Shown here in pieces: positions 12,201 to 27,200 of a DNA stretch of 64,000 nucleotides (position 1 is its first letter; every line of letters starts with the position of its first letter). Below the pieces are notes generated by a model. It was not told the origin of the DNA and did no database searches. It was given only the letters and a program-made list of their open reading frames with translations. The stretch is from the human T2T-CHM13v2.0 reference genome, Homo sapiens, in the NCBI RefSeq assembly GCF_009914755.1, contig NC_060948.1. The stretch is one strand, 5' to 3'. Position numbers and translations under genes: made by a program.

Positions 12201-15200
12201 ACGGTCTCGAATGGAATAAAAATGTATGGAATGGAATGCAATGAAACGGAATCGAATGTCATAGAATGTAATGGAATGCAACAAAATGGAATCCAAAATC
12301 ATTGACTGGAAAGGCTGGGTGTCGAAAGGAATTGACTCCAATGGAATGGAATCGAATGGAATGGAAGTGAATAGAATCGAACTAAATCGAATGGAATGGA
12401 ATTGATAGGAACGGAATGGAAAGGAATGCAATGATTTGGCATGGAATGGAATCGAATGGCATCGAATGGAATGGAATGGAATGCAATGGAATGGAATGTA
12501 TTAGAATGTAATGAACTTTAATGGAATGTACTCGAATGGATTCGACTGGAATGGAATGTTCTGGAAGTGAATGGACTCCAATGGAACGGATTCAAAACGA
12601 ATGGAATCGTACGGAATGGAATCTAATGGAATGGAATTAAATGGAAATGAATCAAATTGAATAGCACGGAATTGAATTGAATGGAATCGAATGCAATGGA
12701 ATCTAATGAAACGGAAAGGAAAGGAATGCAATGGAATGGAATGGGCTGGAATGGAAAGGAATCGAAACGAATGGAATGGAATCGAACTGAAGAGACTGGA
12801 ATGGAATGCACTGGAATGGAAGGGAGTGTAATGGAAGGTTCTCGAAAAAAATGGAATCGAATGGAATGGAATTGAATGGAACGGAATAGAGTCGAATGGA
12901 ATTGAATGGAATGGAATGGACTAGAGAGAAATGGAATCGAACCACAAGGAATGGAGAGGAATAGAATGGTCTCGAATTGAATGGAATCGTATGGAATGGC
13001 ATCAAACGGAATGGAATGGACAGCCACGGAATGGAATGCACTCGAATGCAATGGAGTCGAAACTAATGGACTGGAATAGAATGGACTCGACTGGTACGGA
13101 CTCCAATGGAATGGAATCGAATGGAAGGGAATCGAACGGAATGGACTCGAAGGGAAAAGACTGCAATGGAAAGGTCTCGAATGGAATGGAAATTAATGGA
13201 ATGGAATGGAATCGAATGAAATGGAGTCAAAAGGAATGGAATCGAATGGCAAGAAATCGAATGTAATGGAATCGCAAGGAATTGATGTGAACGGAACGGA
13301 ATGGAATGGAATCCAAAGGAATGGAATAGAATGGAATGGAATCGAATGGAAAGGACTCGAATGGAAATCACTCGAATAGAATGCAATTTAATAAAATAGG
13401 ATCAAATGTAATGGAATGGAATGGAAAGGAATCGAAACGAAAGGAATGGAGACAGATGGAATGGAATGGAACAGAGAGCAATGGTATAGAATGGAATGGA
13501 ATCATCTGGAATGGAATTGAATGGAATGGAATAATATGAAATGGAATGGAATGGAATGGAATGGAATGCCCTTGAATTAAATGGACTGGAATGGAATGGA
13601 CTCGAACAGAGTGGAATGGAAAGTGTTGAGATAGAATGGAATGGACTCGTTTGGAATGGTCTAGTATGCAATGCAATCGACTGGCAGGGAATCAAAAGGA
13701 ATGTAATCGAATGGATTGGACTGGAATGCAATGGACTCGAATAGATTGCAAACGGAATGCAAAGGAATGGAATGGAATAGTATGGAATGGAATGGAAAGG
13801 AATGGAGTGGAATAGACTAGAGTGGAATGGAATGGACTGGAAAGCAATGGACTGGAATGGAACTTTCTTGAATGGACTGGAATCAAACGGAATGGAATGC
13901 AGTGCAATCAAATGGCATGGAATAAAATAGAATGAAAGAGAATCAAATGGAATTGAATCGAATGGAATCGAATGGATTGGAAAGGAATAGAATGGAATGG
14001 AATGGAATTGACTCAAATGGAATGGACTAGAATGGAATGGATTCGAATGGAAGGCAAAGGAATGGAATCTATTGGAATGGACTGTAATGGAATGGAATGG
14101 AAGGGATTGGAATGGACTCGAATGGAATGGACTGCAATAGAAAGGATTCGAATGGAATGAAAAAGAATTGAATGGAATAGAACAGAATGGAATCAAATCG
14201 AATGAAATGGAATGGAATAGAAAGGAATGGAATGAAATGGAATGGAAAGGATTCGAATGGAATGCAATCGAATGGAATGGAATCGAACGGAATGGAATAA
14301 AATGGAAGAAAACTGGCAAGAAATGGAATCGAAATGAATGGAGTGTTATGGAACGGACTCAAAAGGAATTGAATGTAATAGAATGGAGTGGAGTGGACTC
14401 GAATATAATGGACTGGAATGGAATGAAATCACATGGAATGGGAACGAATGGAATGGAATGGAAAGGAATGGAATCGAATGGAAAGGAATCGAATGGAAGG
14501 GAATGAAATTGAATCAACAGGAATGGAAGGGAATAGAATAGACGGTAATGGAATGGACTCGAATAGAATGGACACGAATGCTGAAATTGAATGGACTCGA
14601 ATGGAATGGCAACGAAAGGAATGTCATCGAATGGAATTGAATCGATTGGAATGAAATCGCATAGAATGGAGTGGAATCAAATGGAATTGAATCGAAAGGA
14701 AAGGAAGCGAATGGACTGAAATGAAATGGAATGGAATTGAATGGAAAGTAATGCAATGGAATAGAATGGAACGAAATTTCACGGAATGGAATCAAACTGA
14801 ATGGAATCAAATCAATGGAATCTAATCAAATGGAATGGAAAGGAATTGAATGGAGTAGATTGGATTGGATGGGATTGGAATGAAATGTACTGGAAAGGAC
14901 TCGAATTTCATGAAACGGAATGGAATGAATTGGAACGGAATGGACTCGAATGGAATGGAATGTCATGGAATGGCATCAAATGGAATGGCATCAAATGGAA
15001 TGGAATCGAATGCAATGGAATGCTACGGAATGGAATGGAATGCATTGGAATGGAAAGTCCTCTAATGGAATGTATTCGAGTGGAATGGAATCGAATATAA
15101 TGGAGTCGAATGAAATGGAATTGAAAAGAATGGGATCAAATACAATGGAATATACTGGAATGTAATGTAATGAACTCGAATGTAATTGACTGGAATGGAA

Positions 15201-18200
15201 TGTACATGAATGGAATGTAATCGAATGGAAAGTAATCCAATGGAATAGAAACTAATGCAATAAAATCGACTCAAATAGAGTAGAATGTAATGGAATGGAG
15301 TGCAGTGCAATGGAATGGAATGGAATGGAATGCAATGGAATGGAATGGATTGGAATGGAATGGGATGGAATGGTGTGGAATGGATAGTAATGGACTGGTG
15401 TGAAATGGACTGGAAAGGAATGGACTCAAATTGAAAGGGCTCGAAAGGAATGGAGTCAAATGGAATGGTCTGGAATGGAATGAACACGAATGTAATGCAA
15501 TCCAATAGAATGGAATCGAATGGCATGGAACATAAAGAAATGGAATCGAAGAGAATGGAAACAAATGGAATGGAATTGAATGGAATGGAATTGAATGGAA
15601 TGGGAAGGAATGGAGTGAAATTGTATGCAGTAGTAGAGAATAGAATGGAATGCAAGTGAAAGGAAAGGAATGGATTGGAATGGAATGGAATTCATTGGAA
15701 TGGAAGGGAATGTAGTGTAATGGACAGGCCTGGAATAAAGTGGAATGCTACGGTCTCGAATGGAATAAAAATGTATGGAATGGAATGCAATGAAACGGAA
15801 TCGAATGTCATAGAATGTAATGGAATGCAACAAAATGGAATCCAAAATCATTGACTGGAAAGGCTGGGTGTCGAAAGGAATTGACTCCAATGGAATGGAA
15901 TCGAATGGAATGGAAGTGAATAGAATCGAACTAAATCGAATGGAATGGAATTGATAGGAACGGAATGGAAAGGAATGCAATGATTTGGCATGGAATGGAA
16001 TCGAATGGCATCGAATGGAATGGAATGGAATGCAATGGAATGGAATGTATTAGAATGTAATGAACTTTAATGGAATGTACTCGAATGGATTCGACTGGAA
16101 TGGAATGTTCTGGAAGTGAATGGACTCCAATGGAATGGATTCAAAAGGAATGGAATCGTACGGAATGGAATCTAATGGAATGGAATTAAATGGAAATGAA
16201 TCAAATTGAATAGCACGGAATTGAATTGAATGGAATGGAATGCAATGGAATCTAATGAAACGGAAAGGAAAGGAATGGAATGGAATGGAATGGGCTGGAA
16301 TGGAAAGGAATCGAAACGAATGGAATGGAATCGAACTGAAGAGACTGGAATGGAATGCACTGGAATGGAAGGGAGTGTAATGAAGGTTCTCGAAAAAAAT
16401 GGAATCGACTGGAATGGAATTGAATGGAACGGAATAGAGTCGAATGGAATTGAATGGAATGGAATGGACTAGAGTGAAATGGAATCGAACCACAAGGAAT
16501 GGACAGGAATAGAATGGTCTCGAATTGAATGGAATCGTATGGAATGGCATCAAACGGAATGGAATGGACAGCCACGGAATGGAATGCACTCGAATGCAAT
16601 GGAGTCGAAACTAATGGACTGGAATAGAATGGACTCGACTGGTACGGACTCCAATGGAATGGAATCGAATGGAAGGGAATCGAACGGAATGGACTCGAAG
16701 GGAAAGACTGCAATGGAAAGGTCTTGAATGGAATGGAAATTAATGGAATGGAATGGAATCGAATGAAATGGAGTCAAAAGGAATGGAATCGAATGGCAAG
16801 AAATCGAATGTAATGGAATCGCAAGGAATTGATGTGAACGGAACGGAATGGAATGGAATCCAAAGGAATGGAATAGAATGGAATGGAATCGAATGGAAAG
16901 GACTCGAATGGAAATCACTCGAATAGAATGCAATTTAATAAAATAGGATCAAATGTAATGGAATGGAATGGAAAGGAATCGAAACGAAAGGAATGGAGAC
17001 AGATGGAATGGAATGGAACAGAGAGCAATGGTATAGAATGGAATGGAATCATCTGGAATGGAATTGAATGGAATGGAATAATATGAAATGGAATGGAATG
17101 GAATGGAATGGAATGCCCTTGAATTAAATGGACTGGAATGGAATGGACTCGAACAGAGTGGAATGGAAAGTGTTGAGATAGAATGGAATGGACTCCTTTG
17201 GAATGGTGTAGTATGCAATGCAATCGACTGGCAGGGAATCAAAAGGAATGTAATCGAATGGATTGGACTGGAATGCAATGGACTCGAATAGATTGGAAAC
17301 GGAATGCAAAGGAATGGAATGGAATAGTATGGAATGGAATGGAAAGGAATGGAGTGGAATAGACTAGAGTGGAATGGAATGGACTGGAAAGCAATGGACT
17401 GGAATGGAACTTTCTTGAATGGACTGGAATCAAACGGAATGGAATGCAATGCAATCAAATGGCATGGAATAAAATAGAATGAAAGAGAATCAAATGGAAT
17501 TGAATCGAATGGAATCGAATGGATTGGAAAGGAATAGAATGGAATGGAATGGAATTGACTCAAATGGAATGGACTAGAATGGAATGGATTCGAATGGAAG
17601 GCAAAGGAATGGAATCTATTGGAATGGACTGTAATGGAATGGAATGGAAGGGATTGGAATGGACTCGAATGGAATGGACTGCAATAGAAAGGATTCGAAT
17701 GGAATGAAAAAGAATTGAATGGAATAGAACAGAATGGAATCAAATCGAATGAAATGGAATGGAATAGAAAGGAATGGAATGAAATGGAATGGAAAGGATT
17801 CGAATGGAATGCAATCGAATGGAATGGAATCGAACGGAATGGAATAAAATGGAAGAAAACTGGCAAGAAATGGAATCGAAATGAATGGAGTGTTATGGAA
17901 CAGACTCAAAAGGAATTGAATGTAATAGAATGGAGTGGAGTGGACTCGAATATAATGGACTGGAATGGAATGAAATCACATGGAATGGGAACGAATGGAA
18001 TGGAATGGAAAGGAATGGAATCGAATGGAAAGGAATCGAATGGAAGGGAATGAAATTGAATCAACAGGAATGGAAGGGAATAGAATAGACGGTAATGGAA
18101 TGGACTCGAATAGAATGGACACGAATGCTCAAATTGAATGGACTCGAATGGAATGGAAACGAAAGGAATGTCATCGAATGGAATTGAATCGATTGGAATG

Positions 18201-21200
18201 AAATCGCATAGAATGGAGTGGAATCAAATGGAATTGAATCGAAAGGAAAGGAAGCGAATGGACTGAAATGAAATGGAATGGAATTGAATGGAAAGTAATG
18301 CAATGGAATAGAATGGAACGAAATTTCACGGAATGAATCAAACTGAATGGAATCAAATCAATGGAATCTAATCAAATGGAATGGAAAGGAATTGAATGGA
18401 GTAGATTGGATTGGATGGGATTGGAATGAAATGTACTGGAAAGGACTCGAATTTCATGAAACGGAATGGAATGAATTGGAACGGAACGGACTCGAATGGA
18501 ATGGAATGTCATGGAATGGCATCAAATGGAATGGCATCAAATGGAATGGAATCGAATGCAATGGAATGCTATGGAATGGAATGGAATGCATTGGAATGGA
18601 ATGTCCTCAAATGGAATGGATTCGAGTGGAATGGAATCGAATATAATGGAGTCGAATGAAATGGAATTGAAAGGAATGGGATCGAATAGAATGGAATATA
18701 CTGAAATGTAATGTAATGAACTCGAATGTAATTGACTGGAATGGAATGTACATGAATGGAATGTAATCGAATGGAAAGTAATCCAATGGAATAGAATCTA
18801 ATGCAATAAAACCGACTCAGATAGAGTAGAATGTAGTGGAATGGAGTGCAGTGCAATGGAATGGAATGGAATGGAATGCAATGGAATGGAATGGAATGGA
18901 ATGGAATGGAATGGAATGGGATGGAATGGTATGGAATGGATAGTAATGGACTGGAGTGAAATGGACTGGAAAGGAATGGACTCAAATTGAAAGGGCTCGA
19001 AAGGAATGGAGTCAAATGGAATGGTCTGGAATGGAATGAAAACGAATGTAATGCAATCCAATAGAATGGAAACGAATGGCATGGAATATAAAGAAATGGA
19101 ATCGAAGAGAATGGAAACAAATGGAATGGAATTGAATGGAATGGAATTGAATGGAATGGGAACGAATGGAGTGAAATTGTATGCAGTAGAAGGGAATAGA
19201 ATGGAATGCAAGCGAAAGGAAAGGAATGGATTGGAATGGAATGGAATTCATTGGAATGGAAGGGAATGTAGTGTAATGGACAGGCCTGGAATAAAGTGGA
19301 ATGCTACGGTCTCGAATGGAATAAAAATGTATGGAAAGGAATGCAATGAAACGGAATCGAATGTCATAGAATGTAATGGAATGCAACAAAATGGAATCCA
19401 AAATCATTGACTGGAAAGGCTGGGTGTCGAAAGGAATTGACTCCAATGGAATGGAATCGAATGGAATGGAAGTGAATAGAATCGAACTAAATCGAATGGA
19501 ATGGAATTGATAGGAACGGAATGGAAAGGAATGCAATGATTTGGCATGGAATGGAATCGAATGGCATCGAATGGAATGGAATGGAATGCAATGGAATGGA
19601 ATGTATTAGAATGTAATGAACTTTAATGGAATGTACTCGAATGGATTCGACTGGAATGGAATGTTCTGGAAGTGAATGGACTCCAATGGAATGGATTCAA
19701 AACGAATGGAATCGTACGGAATGGAATCTAATGGAATGGAATTAAATGGAAATGAATCAAATTGAATAGCACGGAATTGAATTGAATGGAATCGAATGCA
19801 ATGGAATCTAATGAAACGGAAAGGAAAGGAATGCAATGGAATGGAATGGGCTGGAATGGAAAGGAATCGAAACGAATGGAATGGAATCGAACTGAAGAGA
19901 CTGGAATGGAATGCACTGGAATGGAAGGGAGTGTAATGGAAGGTTCTCGAAAAAAATGGAATCGAATGGAATGGAATTGAATGGAACGGAATAGAGTCGA
20001 ATGGAATTGAATGGAATGGAATGGACTAGAGTGAAATGGAATCGAACCACAAGGAATGGAGAGGAATAGAATGGTCTCGAATTGAATGGAATCGTATGGA
20101 ATGGCATCAAACGGAATGGAATGGACAGCCACGGAATGGAATGCACTCGAATGCAATGGTGTCGAAACTAATGGACTGGAATAGAATGGACTCGACTGGT
20201 ACGGACTCCAATGGAAGGGAATCGAACGGAAGGGAATCGAACGGAATGGACTCGAAGGGAAAAGACTGCAATGGAAAGGTCTCGAATGGAATGGAAATTA
20301 ATGGAATGGAATGGAATCGAATGAAATGGAGTCAAAAGGAATGGAATCGAATGGCAAGAAATCGAATGTAATGGAATCGCAAGGAATTGATGTGAACGGA
20401 ACGGAATGGAATGGAATCCAAAGGAATGGAATAGAATGGAATGGAATCGAATGGAAAGGACTCGAATGGAAATCACTCGAATAGAATGCAATTTAATAAA
20501 ATAGGATCAAATGTAATGGAATGGAATGGAAAGGAATCGAAACGAAAGGAATGGAGACAGATGGAATGGAATGGAATGGAACAGAGAGCAATGGTATAGA
20601 ATGGAATGGAATCATCTGGAATGGAATTGAATGGAATGGAATAATATGAAATGGAATGGAATGGAATGGAATGGAATGCCCTTGAATTAAATGGACTGGA
20701 ATGGAATGGACTCAAACAGAGTGGAATGGAAAGTGTTGAGATAGAATGGAATGGACTCGTTTGGAATGGTCTAGTATGCAATGCAATCGACTGGCAGGGA
20801 ATCAAAAGGAATGTAATCGAATGGATTGGACTGGAATGCAATGGACTCGAATAGATTGCAAACGGAATGCAAAGGAATGGAATGGAATAGTATGGAATGG
20901 AATGGAAAGGAATGGAGTGGAATAGACTAGAGTGGAATGGAATGGACTGGAAAGCAATGGACTGGAATGGAACTTTCTTGAATGGACTGGAATCAAACGG
21001 AATGGAATGCAATGCAATCAAATGGCATGGAATAAAATAGAATGAAAGAGAATCAAATGGAATTGAATCGAATGGAATCGAATGGATTGGAAAGGAATAG
21101 AATGGAATGGAATGGAATGGACTAGAATGGAATGGATTCGAATGGAAGGCAAAGGAATGGAATCTATTGGAATGGACTGTAATGGAATGGAATGGAAGGG

Positions 21201-24200
21201 ATTGGAATGGACTCGAATGGAATGGACTGCAATAGAAAGGATTCGAATGGAATGAAAAAGAATTGAATGGAATAGAACAGAATGGAATCAAATCGAATGA
21301 AATGGAATGGAATAGAAAGGAATGGAATGAAATGGAATGGAAAGGATTCGAATGGAATGCAATCGAATGGAATGGAATCGAACGGAATGGAATAAAATGG
21401 AAGAAAACTGGCAAGAAATGGAATCGAAATGAATGGAGTGTTATGGAACGGACTCAAAAGGAATTGAATGTAATAGAATGGAGTGGAGTGGACTCGAATA
21501 TAATGGACTGGAATGGAATGAAATCACATGGAATGGGAACGAATGGAATGGAATGGAAAGGAATGGAATCGAATGGAAAGGAATCGAATGGAAGGGAATG
21601 AAATTGAATCAACAGGAATGGAAGGGAATAGAATAGACGGTAATGGAATGGACTCGAATTGAATGGACACGAATGCTCAAATTGAATGGACTCGAATGGA
21701 ATGGAAACGAAAGGAATGTCATCGAATGGAATTGAATCGATTGGAATGAAATCGCATAGAATGGAGTGGAATCAAATGGAATTGAATCGAAAGGAAAGGA
21801 AGCGAATGGACTGAAATGAAATGGAATGGAATTGAATGGAAAGTAATGCAATGGAATAGAATGGAACGAAATTTCACGGAATGGAATCAAACTGAATGGA
21901 ATCAAATCAATGGAATCCAATCAAATGGAATGGAGTAGATTGGATTGGATGGGATTGGAATGAAATGTACTGGAAAGGACTCGAATTTCATGAAACGGAA
22001 TGGAATGAATTGGAACGGAATGGACTCGAATGGAATGGAATGTCATAGAATGGCATCAAATGGAATGGCATCAAATGGAATGGAATCGAATGCAATGGAA
22101 TGCTATGGAATGGAATGGAATGCATTGGAATGGAATGTCCTCTAATGGAATGGATTCGAGTGGAATGGAATCGAATATAATGGAGTCGAATGAAATGGAA
22201 TTGAAAGGAATGGGATCGAATACAATGGAATATACTGGAATGTAATGTAATGAACTCGAATGTAATTGACTGGAATGGAATGTACATGAATGGAATGTAA
22301 TCGAATGGAAAGTAATCCAATGGAATAGAATCTAATGCAATAAAATCGACTCAGATAGAGTAGAATGTAATGGAATGGAGTGCAGTGCAATGGAATGGAA
22401 TGGAATGGAATGCAATGGAATGGAATGGAATGGAATGGAATGGAATGGAATGGAATGGAATGGAATGGGATGGAATGGTATGGAATGGATGGTAATGGAC
22501 TGGAGTGAAATGGACTGGAAAGGAATGGACTCAAATTGAAAGGGCTGGAAAGGAATGGAGTCAAATGGAATGGTCTGGAATGGAATGAACACGAAAGTAA
22601 TGCAATCCAATAGAATGGAATCGAATGGCATGGAATAGAATGAAATGGAATCGAAGAGAATGGAAACAAATGGAATGGAATTGAATGGAATGGAATTGAA
22701 TGGAATGGGAACGAATGGAGTGAAATTGTATGCAGTAGAAGGGAATAGAATGGAATGCAAGCGAAAGGAAAGGAATGGATTGGAATGGAATGGAATTCAT
22801 TGGAATGTAAGGGAATGTAGTGTAATGGACAGGCCTGGAATAAAGTGGAATGCTACGGTCTCGAATGGAATAAAAATGTATGGAATGGAATGCATTGAAA
22901 CGGAATCGAACGTCATAGAATGTAATGGAATGCAAAAAAATGGAATCCAAAATCATTGACTGGAAAGGCTGGGTGTCGAAAGGAATTGACTCCAATGGAA
23001 TGGAATCGAATGGAATGGAAGTGAATAGAATCGAACTAAATCGAATGGAATGGAATTGATAGGAACGGAATGGAAAGGAATGCAATGATTTGGCACGGAA
23101 TGGAATCGAATGGCATCGAACGGAATGGAATGGAATGCAATTGAATGGAACGTATTAGAATGTAATGAACTTTAATGGAATGTACTCGAATGGATTCGAC
23201 TGGAATGGAATGTTCTGGAAGTGAATGGACTCCAATGGAATGGATTCAAAAGGAATGGAATCGTACGGAATGGAATCTAATGGAATGGAATTAAATGGAA
23301 ATGAATCAAATTGAATAGCATGGAATTGAATTGAATGGAATCGAATGCAATGGAATCTAATGAAACGGAAAGGAAAGGAATGGAATGGAATGGAATGGGC
23401 TGGAATGGAAAGGAATCGAAACGAATGGAATGGAATCGAACTGACGAGACTGGAATGGAATGCACTGGAATGGAAGGGAGTGTAATGGAAGGTTCTCGAA
23501 AAAAATGGAATCGAATGGAATGGAATTGAATGGAACGGAATAGAGTCGAATGGAATTGAATGGAATGGAATGGACTAGAGTGAAATGGAATCGAACCACA
23601 AGGAATGGAGAGGAATAGAATGGTCTCGAATTGAATGGAATCGTATGGAATGGCATCAAACGGAATGGAATGGACAGCCACGGAATGGAATGCACTCGAA
23701 TGCAATGGAGTCGAAACTAATGGACTGGAATAGAATGGATTCGACTGGTACGGACTCCAATGGAATGGAATCGAATGGAAGGGAATCGAACGGAATGGAC
23801 TCGAAGGGAAAAGACTGCAATGGAAAGGTCTCGAATGGAATGGAAATTAATGGAATGGAATGGAATCGAATGAAATGGAGTCAAAAGGAATGGAATCGAA
23901 TGGCAAGAAATCGAATGTAATGGAATCGCAAGGAATTGATGTGAACGGAACGGAATGGAATGGAATCCAAAGGAATGGAATAGAATGGAATGGAATCGAA
24001 TGGAAAGGACTCGAATGGAAATCACTCGAATAGAATGCAATTTAATAAAATAGGATCAAATGTAATGGAATGGAATGGAAAGGAATCGAAACGAAAGGAA
24101 TGGAGACAGATGGAATGGAATGGAACAGAGAGCAATGGTATAGAATGGAATGGAATCATCTGGAATGGAATTGAATGGAATGGAATAATATGAAATGGAA

Positions 24201-27200
24201 TGGAATGGAATGGAATGGAATGCCCTTGAATTAAATGGACTGGAATGGAATGGACTCGAACAGAGTGGAATGGAAAGTGTTGAGATAGAATGGAATGGAC
24301 TCGTTTGGAATGGTCTAGTATGCAATGCAATCGACTGGCAGGGAATCAAAAGGAATGTAATGGAATGGATTGGACTGGAATGCAATGGACTCGAATAGAT
24401 TGGAAACGGAATGCAAAGGAATGGAATGGCATAGTATGGAATGGAATGGAAAGGAATGGAGTGGAATAGACTAGAGTGGAATGGAATGAACTGGAAAGCA
24501 ATAGACTGGAATGGAACTTTCTTGAATGGACTGGAATCAAACGGAATGGAATGCAATGCAATCAAATGGCATGGAATAAAATAGAATGAAAGAGAATCAA
24601 ATGGAATTGAATCGAATGGAATCGAATGGATTGGAAAGGAATAGAATGGAATGGAATGGAATTGACTCAAATGGAATGGACTAGAATGGAATGGATTCGA
24701 ATGGAAGGCAAAGGAATGGAATCTATTGGAATGGACTGTAATGGAATGGAATGGAAGGGATTGGAATGGACTCGAATGGAATGGACTGCAATAGAAAGGA
24801 TTCGAATGGAATAAAAAAGAATTGAATGGAATAGAACAGAATGGAATCAAATCGAATGAAATGGAATGGAATAGAAAGGAATGGAATGAAATGGAATGGA
24901 AAGGATTCGAATGGAATGCAATCGAATGGAATGGAATCGAACGGAATGGAATAAAATGGAAGAAAACTGGCAAGAAATGGAATCGAAATGAATGGAGTGT
25001 TATGGAACGGACTCAAAAGGAATTGAATGTAATAGAATGGAGTGGAGTGGACTCGAATATAATGGACTGGAATGGAATGAAATCACATGGAATGGGAACG
25101 AATGGAATGGAATGGAAAGGAATGGAATCGAATGGAAAGGAATCGAATGGAAGGGAATGAAATTGAATCAACAGGAATGGAAGGGAATAGAATAGACGGT
25201 AATGGAATGGACTCGAATTGAATGGACACGAATGCTCAAATTGAATGGACTCGAATGGAATGGAAACGAAAGGAATGTCATCGAATGGAATTGAATCGAT
25301 TGGAATGAAATCGCATAGAATGGAGTGGAATCAAATGGAATTGAATCGAAAGGAAAGGAAGCGAATGGACTGAAATGAAATGGAATGGAATTGAATGGAA
25401 AGTAATGCAATGGAATAGAATGGAACGAAATTTCACGGAATGGAATCAAACTGAATGGAATCAAATCAATGGAATCTAATCAAATGGAATGGAAAGGAAT
25501 TGAATGGAGTAGATTGGATTGGATGGGATTGGAATGAAATGTACTGGAAAGGACTCGAATTTCATGAAACGGAATGGAATGAATTGGAACGGAATGGACT
25601 CGAATGGAATGGAATGTCATGGAATGGCATCAAATGGAATGGCATCAAATGGAATGGAATCGAATGCAATGGAATGCTATGGAATGGAATGGAATGCATT
25701 GGAATGGAAAGTCCTCTAATGGAATGGATTCGAGTGGAATGGAATCGAATATAATGGAGTCGAATGAAATGGAATTGAAAAGAATGGGATCGAATACAAT
25801 GGAATATACTGGAATGTAATGTAATGAACTCGAATGTAATTGACTGGAATGGAATGTACATGAATGGAATGTAATCGAATGGAAAGTAATCCAATGGAAT
25901 AGAAACTAATGCAATAAAATCGACTCAAATAGAGTAGAATGTAATGGAATGGAGTGCAGTGCAATGGAATGGAATGGAATGGAATGCAATGGAATGGAAT
26001 GGATTGGAATGGAATGGGATGGAATGGTGTGGAATGGATAGTAATGGACTGCTGTGAAATGGACTGGAAAGGAATGGACTCAAATTGAAAGGGCTCGAAA
26101 GGAATGGAGTCAAATGGAATGGTCTGGAATGGAATGAACACGAATGTAATGCAATCCAATAGAATGGAATCGAATGGCATGGAATATAAAGAAATGGAAT
26201 CGAAGAGAATGGAAACAAATGGAATGGAATTGAATGGAATGGAATTGAATGGAATGGGAACGAATGGAGTGAAATTGTGTGCAGTAGAAGAGAATAGAAT
26301 GGAATGCAAGTGAAAGGAAAGGAATGGATTGGAATGGAATGGAATTCATTGGAATGGAAGGGAATGTAGTGTAATGGACAGGCCTGGAATAAAGTGGAAT
26401 GCTACGGTCTCGAATGGAATAAAAATGTATGGAATGGAATGCATTGAAACGGAATCGAACGTCATAGAATGTAATGGAATGCAAAAAAATGGAATCCAAA
26501 ATCATTGACTGGAAAGCCTGGGTGTCGAAAGGAATTGACTCCAATGGAATGGAATCGAATGGAATGGAAGTGAATAGAATCGAACTAAATCGAATGGAAT
26601 GGAATTGATAGGAACGGAATGGAAAGGAATGCAATGATTTGGCATGGAATGGAATCGAATGGCATCGAACGGAATGGAATGGAATGCAATTGAATGGAAC
26701 GTATTAGAATGTAATGAACTTTAATGGAATGTACTCGAATGGATTCGACTGGAATGGAATGTTCTGGAAGTGAATGGACTCCAATGGAATGGATTCAAAA
26801 GGAATGGAATCGTACGGAATGGAATCTAATGGAATGGAATTAAATGGAAATGAATCAAATTGAATAGCATGGAATTGAATTGAATGGAATCGAATGCAAT
26901 GGAATCTAATGAAACGGAAAGGAAAGGAATGGAATGGAATGGAATGGGCTGGAATGGAAAGGAATCGAAACGAATGGAATGGAATCGAACTGACGAGACT
27001 GGAATGGAATGCACTGGAATGGAAGGGAGTGTAATGGAAGGTTCTCGAAAAAAATGGAATCGAATGGAATGGAATTGAATGGAACGGAATAGAGTCGAAT
27101 GGAATTGAATGGAATGGAATGGACTAGAGTGAAATGGAATCGAACCACAAGGAATGGAGAGGAATAGAATGGTCTCGAATTGAATGGAATCGTATGGAAT

